Source of the DNA: Candidatus Omnitrophota bacterium
GTDB lineage: Bacteria > Omnitrophota > Gorgyraeia > Zapsychrales > Fredricksoniimonadaceae
Direction: 5' to 3'
Length of the DNA: 64,000 nt
Assembly (NCBI GenBank): GCA_037131245.1
Contig: JBAXRK010000001.1
Coordinates: forward strand, 24,385-88,384
Under the pieces are notes generated by a model. That model had not been told where the DNA came from. It did not search any database and saw only the letters and a list, made by a program, of their open reading frames with translations. Each line of letters opens with the position of its first letter. Within the stretch, counting starts at the first letter, position 1. This document shows, piece by piece, positions 52,701-61,700 of the stretch. The translations under genes and the position numbers were made by a program.

Positions 52701-55700
52701 AAGGGCGCCGATCACCACATTCGCGATATTCGTATTAACGGTAAACTTGGCGCGCGCCGATGTAACGAACCCATGGAGATCAACTTTAACAACGGACATA
52801 TCAGCATTCGTCCGGGCCGCCTGGATGGACGTCTTGAGGTTCGCGGTCGCCAGCTGGATATCGGCAATATCCGCCACGCCATTGATCGCGTCCAAGATCG
52901 GCTTGCGAATAAAGAACGTGGCCGACTTGGTCTCGCCGATAGAAACCTTCTTGGTCACGTCACTCAACAGGACCGTTTCCACATGCGAAGCAATGATCGG
53001 GCCATAACCGTTATTACCGGAATTCTCTAAACGCCCGCCGGCCACCTTCTGAAGCGTCTGCTCTCCAACATACGGAACAACCACGCGGTGTTCCTTAATG
53101 ACCTGGCCATTAAGCACATTCTGGAAAACGATCGTATATTCAGTGAGCGCGAATTTCTGGCTCTTAAGCTCCGCCGCCGTCTTATGCGCCGCCAGCCACG
53201 CCGCTTCACTCTGAATGACCTGAGTGGCTTTTTCTTTATAGAATTGCAGGTTGGCATCCGGCGTGAACGACTTGGTGGTCTCAACCATGTTGGTCTTATT
53301 AAGGAAGTCGGCTTTCTTAAGATCGACCAGGAACTTCTGGGCGCTCAAGTTCACATCACCGATGATCTGCTGATTGATCGTACTAAACCACGCAATGCCA
53401 TCCGCCTTGGTCGTATCCGTGAAGGACAACCAGCCTTCGGGAGCGCCCGTGGTATCAATAAGCGTGATCTCTTTAATCCCAAGATCGATCAACGCCTTGA
53501 GAACCGCCGGATCCCTCAGTGACGCCTGGCTCACGAACTGCGCTGTGCCATCCGGCCAGATCACCAGGAAATTGCGGTTCACAAAATCTTTCATCGTGAG
53601 CGTCAGCTCCGACGTCATCCCCGGCACCCTGTTTTCCACCGCCTGCGACAGGATACGGAACCGCAGGACGCCCTCGGGCTTGCCAACAACCTGGACCATA
53701 TCGGTCATCCGGTCATGAACCTTCTTGACCAGCTCGCTCTCGCTCTTCATCTCCGCCGCCAACTGCTCGGCCGTCGCTTCGCCCTTCACATAGATCGTGT
53801 ACGTCTCATCAGCCACATTCTCGACTTCCAGCGCGTCAGCCTGATACGCCGCCTGCTGGAGCTTGAGCAGCTTCTTATATTCATTATCACCGGCCAAGCC
53901 CGTCTCATACGTCGCCACAACCTTGCCATTCTCAACCAAGACCATCTGATCAGCCGCGAACGGCTCACCGCCGATCAAGTAACGGCCACTGACGCCATAC
54001 TGAACCGCACCCTTCACATACTGGGCGGCCTTGAATTTCTCAACCTGGGATTTATTGGTCACCGTCACCGTGGGGCCGTCCACGAAATGGATAAAGCCGC
54101 GGTTGATCACACCCGCCAAACGCTCCTGCGCGATCACAGTGTTCGCGTCAATGCTGCGGATATTGTAAGCAAACGACGGATCGAAGATCCCCCAGCCGCT
54201 GCCATCTGTCGGACGGACAACCAGCGTATCCCCGGTGAGCGGCAAGCTGCCCAAACGCTGATGCGCCTGGATATCGGCCTGCTGCGCCGCCGTCAGGTCC
54301 ATGAACCGGGTCGCGCCGGCCGGCAGCACGGAAACCTTCTCAGGCCAGACATTGCCCTGATAAACGATCGCGCCGATATAATTCGTATCGGTCTTATCGA
54401 AGATCGCGCTCCACTCATAGCTCGGATAGAAACGGTTACCCAGCGAACCATTGACCGCGCTGACGATATTCGTATCCACCGGGCGGTTGGAAGACGTATT
54501 GAACGCCGTCGCCTTGTACGTGTCAGCGATCGTCTCTTTCCCGCCGAACATCGCGACGATATCATGCGGCCAGGCCGTGAACTGATCGGCCACCAGGCCA
54601 ACGCCCGTACCCGCCACGCGGCCTATAAAGGAAGGCTTCGGCGTGCGGTAAGCACCGGTAAAATCGTAATGCGGAGCCGTCGCCGGTTGACGCAGGACCA
54701 CGCTGCCATCCGCCAGATGAACCTCTTCCAGGCTGTTCACCTGGGAAGCCTGGGTCTGGAACTCGGTGATCGCTTCGGTGAAATTGTCACGAATAACGCC
54801 CGCGATCTTCTCACCGTTATAAACGCCGCCGATGCGGATCTCTTCATTATGGAGCGCTTTACCAGTGCGCAACCTGACCAGGAGCGGCTTGCTCATATCG
54901 GTATTCAGGCGGCCCGTTTCGTAATCGTACATATCCTGGGTCACGTAAACCGGCGCGCTAAAGACGATATTGTATTTGATCTCATTGTTAGCCGGGTTAC
55001 GCGCCATCACCACCCCGTTCATCCGGGCGGCGTAATAGGTGCCGTTCACGTCAGGCATATAACGGATAACCTGGCCCAGCTTATTGGTCTCAACGCGATA
55101 AGCTACGCTCTTATCCACATGGCTGAACAGGTCGGCCCGCAGGATATTGGTATTCGTTTCAATATCATTGGCATATTCAAAATCCTGGTGAACGGTGCTG
55201 ATCTGGATCGCATGGCCACGGGGCTGCCAAGTGAACTGATTACGGCCATCGCCAACCGCCCTCAGGAAAGGCAGGCCGAGATAATGATGCGGCATGCCCA
55301 AAATAGCGCGGCCATTATCGTAATAGGAAACCGAGAACAGCGTTTCAACCTGCGGCTCATCATCATAAGCGGTGAACGATGTGCGGGTGGTCCAGTTGAT
55401 CGGCCCGATGGTCTTGATCACGCGCATCAGCAAGGACGGCTCGGAGTACCAATCAGCATCCTGGCCCTTATTGTCGTAGCTGATCACGGTGTCGTAGATC
55501 TGGAAAGACAGGTCAAGCCAATTCGCGCTGGCCAGGGCGATGTCGGAAGCGCTCATCCCGTCCATGTTGATCAGGCTAACCGTCTGCTGGCCCCATTTAT
55601 AGTAGGTGCCGCCCGGCAGGTTAGCGTTAAAGAAGAAGGCGCCCTTACCGGAAACGTCCTTGCCCACCAGGTCGCCGTACATGCTGAAACTGGCCGCCGC

Positions 55701-58700
55701 GTTATACTGATAGCGCGAGCTGTGACGGAGCTTGTTGCGGTCATTCCCCAGATTCCTGATGTACTGCGCATCCTGATCGCGGGTGAACGTCTTCGCGCCA
55801 GCTTCCAGCAGAGCCTTGGCTTTCTCGGCCGCAACCAGAGCCGCGCGCGTTTCGTTATAAGTCGTAATGTTATTGGTGAGGGTCGCGGCTTCATCAAGCT
55901 TATCGGTGATCTGGCCAGCCACCGCGCTCAACCGGCTGCTTACAACCTCAAGCGGCGTTTTGCCGGTTACCAGGTCCGGATCGGTCACTTCAAGCAAAGC
56001 CTGAACCAGCGTGCGCCAACCGCGCTTGGGATCCATCTGGGTAAAGTTCACGGTCACGTTGCGCTTGGAGTTATCCCCAAAGCCCAGGCGCTTCATGTTG
56101 AACTCGGCCCCGCGCTCATTGTTATTGAAAGCCGCTTCATCGGTCACCGACTTCGGATCGAAAATGAACACCACCTTACCGGCTTTGACCTGTTTAAGGA
56201 TCGAAGTGCTTTCGGCACCAGAGAGGCCCTGCGGCATCCCGTACTCCTTGCCAGCATGGTTAATGGTGACGATCTCATTATCGATCGGGGAGATGAAGAT
56301 ATAAGCCGGGGTACCCTTCACGGCTACAGCCTTGACCAGGGGAACATTAACATTGAACGACCCCTGAACCTGGCTATAACTCTGTGAAGGCTTACCGAAC
56401 GAGCTGCTGTCTTCGGCACGGGATGTCGTCCCCTGGAAGACAGCGGTGAACAAAAGGACGGCCAGGGCGAGGCTAAATATGTGCCTCAAGGGGGTAAAGT
56501 TACCCCGGCCAGTGACTTTGACGGAGAACCCATCAAAAGTCTGGGTGACGAACCCTAAATTTTTGCGGATCTGTTTTACTGTATCAGATATACGGGATGA
56601 GAGCTGCGCAAGGGCCGCGGACACACCTTCGGCCGGGGTTTTCCCTTCCTTGCGGACAGAGAATCCTACCGGTTCCTTGCTTGCGCCCTGATCGGGCTGG
56701 GCAGTTCTGGGAGATCTATATACTGGGCCCTGACCGACACTTTCCACACCCTTCACACCCGGCATTCTCAAGGCGGTTCCGGCCCCGTTCTCTTTACCGG
56801 CACCGACACGTTCCACACCCTGGGCATTGCCTAATCCGCGTAGAGCCTTGATCCCGTTCTTGATACCGGTGATCACACTCTTCACGAACCTGGTGTTACT
56901 TCCCACACGCTGCGCGTGGGTGGTGCCATCAGTCAGACTACGGGCACCCTTGTTTCCATCTTCATTCGACTTACCGATCGCGTTACCGTTACCGGCAGTC
57001 GGGCCTTCTTCATCAGCGGCAGACACACGACCCGATTCCGTACTAGCCACACCACGGGCGGCACGTCCCCTGTCAGAGCGGGCGTTCATGATCTCCAGAC
57101 GGATCCTGGTATACAACCCAAGAGCGATCCTGGTGACCTCTCTCCACACCTTCTCCACCGCGGGCGCACTCACTAAACCCTTGACAGAACCGGTGTACAG
57201 AGCCTTCATCACATGAGCCATCTTCTGGCTCAAAGAGCGAGTACTACTACCTTCATCGACAGTAACCGCGAACAGATCCTCGCGGGCATTCGTGTTCGAC
57301 CTACCATTGTCCCTGGCGTGATTGCGAGCAGTTGAACGGCCAGCCTGGACATTAGCCCGTTCATTGCTTTCCCTGTTATTACCAGCAACCTTGACCTGCG
57401 CTTTAGCGCCATTTACTGCCCTACGTACTGCATTCACTACGATCCTACGTGCTACATTAACAGTATTCGCTACATTTGCTTCTGTGCTACCAGTCCGTCC
57501 TACTTTACCTTCAGCGCCGATACCGGACAAACCTAGCGGTCGGGCGCCGATCTTCTCGACGACAACGAGTTTCTTTACCGCGGCAACGAGCCTGCCGATG
57601 GCCACAAACACTACATTCACTACATTAACAGTAACAATACTATCTCTCTTACCCTCCACGACCGCTCCGACTCTGAGAGAGAGTCTGCGGCCTGTGATAC
57701 GACCCGAGTCGCCGAATACCGATTTAAGCCATTTCCAGAAACTCAATATTTGGGCCGCAATCAGCTTGCGGTTCTTGATGCCAATATAGAGAATAGCTCC
57801 AAAGGCAAGTAAAGCGCCAACAGGCGTAGTTCCGCCAGCGCCAGCACCGGTCGCAGCCGAGGCCGTACCGGACGTTCCAAAGGTAAAGAGCAGGGTCATC
57901 AGGCCCATACCGCCAGCCATCGGCATCGCTCCGCCAGGCAGGTTAGGCATTGAAGGCACCTGGGGCATCGTAGGCACGGTCGGCAAATTCGGCACAACCG
58001 GCATAGTCGGCATAACCGGGCCTGTCGGACCATTCACCGGGCCCGTAGGACCGATAGGACCAGGCGGCAGGCCATTGCCCGGAATAGTATTAGACGAAGT
58101 CGTTGGCAGGGCCGTGGTATTGATCGGATCCTGCTTGGGTTCCTGTTTCGGAGCCTTGGAAGCGACCACATTACCAAGATTGACCACTAAGGTATTGCCA
58201 GGGATAGCCGGTTCAGGCTGATCAAAGGTTGTGGCCTCGGATTCAGGCGCGTTAGCCAAAGCGCCAGCCAAAGCGACCATAGCCACGGTCTTCTTGGCCT
58301 TAGGCATAGCCCAACCAAAGAATTTACGGAAAACCCCTGGCTTAGTGGTCTTAAGCGAAGCCGGGGCCTGAACAACTGGCGCAGGCGGCGTTTGAATTTT
58401 TGAAGCAAAACCATCAAACTTGGCCACGACCAGCGGCGCATTCTGCTCATTGAACTTGCGGATCTCTGGCATGCCGGTAAAACGACTTGCCAGCTTAAGG
58501 GCTCCGGCAGCCTGCTGACGCCTGCCTTCCCGCACAGATCCATCCTTGTTAAAGGAAAGAAGTTTGCGTATTTCTCTGTCGCCTGGTCTCAATTCGTAAG
58601 TGTCCGTATCATGGCTATCGGCAAACATCATCAACCGGGCCGCGAGCGCGACCAATTCATCCCTGGTCATCGTGCGCTGAGGCACGCCGGAAACAGTAAA

Positions 58701-61700
58701 TTCAGGCGCCGCAAAGGAATACACGCCTTGAGGATCCTTTGTCAAGGGCATCCCAAACGCTATACTGGCATTTCCCTCTTCACCCAAAGCTCCGGCAACA
58801 AGAATGGCTTTATTCCCATTCCCGTCAAAACGGACATTTCTCTGGCCTCGATAATCATCGGCATAAATAAAGCGGACACGATCGGTATTATTACCCTGCA
58901 AGACCACCGTGGTCAGGCCGATGGGCGAATCGACGCCCTCGATGATCTGATCGCCTTTTTCGATCCCCAGGGAAGAATTGAAATCCGCGGACAAAGTCGT
59001 AGTCGTTCTCATGCCATCCGCCGCGACCTTCACTTCTGTCACAGTCTGCACAGGAACATCGGCAATAACAACATTTTCGGCATCCATCACGGCAGTACCA
59101 TTACCCGTAGACTCCAGAGGCACGACCGTGGCTTTACGGCCCTTCTGATCCCTAACCACGCCAGTCAAGGTCCGAGTGCCATCCTGAGCAACCGTTGAGA
59201 TCACTTGTGTCTTGCGGTCAAACTCCTGGCCCGGCTTCAAGGTGAGCTTGCCCTGCGTGATCTGGACGTCACGATCCTCGGCACCCGTATTACGCGCCAC
59301 ATAAGCCGTCATGACCTCCGGTTTACGCGTATCGGCAATACGGGAAGGAATGATCTTGCCCACAAGGCTTGTCAGCATGATCCCCAGGGCGAACTTCTGG
59401 TCGCCCGCGTTGATCTTGCCCTTCAGATCCGTAATGCTTCCAGTCAGGCTGTCCGCTGTGAGCTCTTCGCGGGACTTGTCCACATGGGTACCCAGCGCCG
59501 TCTTCAATTCTTCACTGATAGCGCCACCTTTAGCGATATCCAGGCTCATCAGCATCAAAGCGCTCAAGCTTTCCTGATTGACTTTCATCAGCCACTCAGC
59601 GCCACCGATGGTATGATCCATCAGGACCTGATCGTTCACGTCATAGCGGCCATTACGCATCAAGCCATAAACTTTATCCAGGACAACCTTATCCTGACCG
59701 GCCGCGGTCTCCCTTTGCTTATTAAGGAATGCCGTGATCCGCATGTTATGGAGCGTGGTCACGATAAAGTGGCGGATCGCGAAGGACTGCTGGAGCGCCT
59801 GCATATACTCGGTGGTCAGCCTAAGGTCCCCAACATCATAGGTAAACACATTCTGATTCCGGGCCCAGGCCGCGGTACGAGCTTCGAGCTCCTTGGCAAA
59901 AGTAGCCAGGCCGACATCGCCCTTAGCATTGGCCAGCACCGTCTTAATATCTGACTGGACTTCTTTCAAATTGGCGAAAATGCCATCCATGACCTCTTCA
60001 TTGAACAGGACATACTTCTTACCCTCAACATCCTGGTCACGGTTATTGCGGTTGACGGCATGAGTCAGGTTAGCCGTGGTCCAATGCTCGGCATCGGCCA
60101 CGATAACGTCCAAATTACCCTTAAAGCTATGCTGTTTAGCCATGATCGGGAGCGCGACCGTAATGCCAGGGATTTCCTGGCCGGCATAGGTACCCGTCTT
60201 TTCAATAGCCTGACGGATCTGGTCTTCATTCGCATTACCATCGATCGCCAAAGCGCCAAACTGCTCCTGGATCTCTTTTAACAGGGCAATATCGGAGACA
60301 AGCACCAATGTCCCGCGGCCTTTAGCTTTGGCTTCGGCCACCAGGGCGGCAATACGCTGCTTTAAGGCCACACGATCGCTAACACGGCCGGTAGTCACAT
60401 GATCTTTATGGGTCTCAGGTAAAGCCGCCTGTTTCCAGACATTGCTCTCATCTTTTTCATCACCGGCAATGGTGGTACCGGTCTTGGCCTGGATCAGGGC
60501 ATCAGTGCCCATCCGTGTGGCGGTAAGACCAACCACCAGGCCACCCTTGGTGTCAAAGATCTCTTCGATCGGGTTCTCGGCCACGGTCTTGTCGCTGAAA
60601 GCAATGGCGTCAACATCGATCTTGTCTTCTTCTTTAGCCGTTTCATTATAGATCTCGGCCTTGGCCAGCTTGTCGATGAACTCGCCGATCATCTTGTCGT
60701 GCACCCGGCCCATGCGGTCCACATGAACGAACTGGTTGCGCTTGCCTTTGCCATCACCACTATCAACCTTGGCCAGCGCCAAACGGGTACCTTCCTTCTC
60801 AAAGAGAGACCGGATCACACCACTAAGAATATCCGCTTGCTGGCCTTTATAATCCTGGCGCAGAGCATCGGACACCAGCAGGTCGGTATGGCCGGCCTGG
60901 GTGGTATTCAAGGCTTTATTAAAGTAGATCGCTTTAACACCGTTTTCATTAGCAAGCTTGAACTCCTCAAGCGAAGCGATAACCTTGATCTCTTGAGTGC
61001 TCATTTTAGCGCGAACATCCTTCAGGATCGACCGGATGGACGCCATCAGCTTCTGCGTATTGGCATCTTTAACCCCGGTCTTACCCTGGGTGGAAATATA
61101 CGTCTTCTCCATTGTTACCAGATCGTCCACTTCGTCCGCCACGATGTGCAGGTTCTGCTTCATCTGATCCAAAGCCAGGCGTACATCCGCAACGGCCGCC
61201 TGGATCGGCTGGCTGTCATGGGACACGGAATCAGCACTGAAATAAACCGGCATGAACCCGCGTTGATCGATGGAGAAAAGCTTGAGTTTCTTCTGATCCC
61301 TGAGGTCCGCGGCGATCACTTTCAACTGAGCGAGCGTGTCAGCTTCGATCTGACGGCTTGCGGGCGTTCCAGTGGGCGTCTTGGCCTGTTTCTCGCGTAG
61401 ATCAGAATATGTCTTGTAAAGGCCGTCCATGGCGGATAAGGCAAAGCCTTTTTCAGCAAGCAGCTTCTGGATGACCGGGGTTAAATAATCGGTACCGCCA
61501 GCCAGTAACTTCTGATAGTCAGACTCATCACGGACCAGGAAGTTGGTTTGCAGGCCTTTTTCCATGAAAAGGATCGTAGCGGCAATACCCACCAGCGTTT
61601 TACCTTTGGCGTTCTCGGCAATAGCGGTCTTTCCCTGAACCAGGCTAAGCGTCATTTTCTTCTGCTCATCTACCCTGGCATCCAACGGCCGGCCGACTTC

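Noticed and set aside
53715-56387. 890-aa plus-strand ORF, and similar long plus-strand ORFs (29370-30977, 15375-16862, 61548-62732, 47004-48119, 1002-1997), as candidate genes
   Set aside because: They are codon-aligned antisense to a frame that carries many enzyme motifs. Their translations are low-complexity (R/H/I/L/Q-rich) with no recognisable motif. Their ends are explained by rare sense TTA/CTA/TCA codons.
58246-58320. Internal Met plus signal-peptide-like segments (also at 31075 and 56492) as starts of separate secreted proteins
   Set aside because: The frame is open upstream of each with no stop and no obvious Shine-Dalgarno or intergenic spacer. They are treated as internal signal-anchors of the megaprotein, although internal initiation cannot be excluded without expression data.
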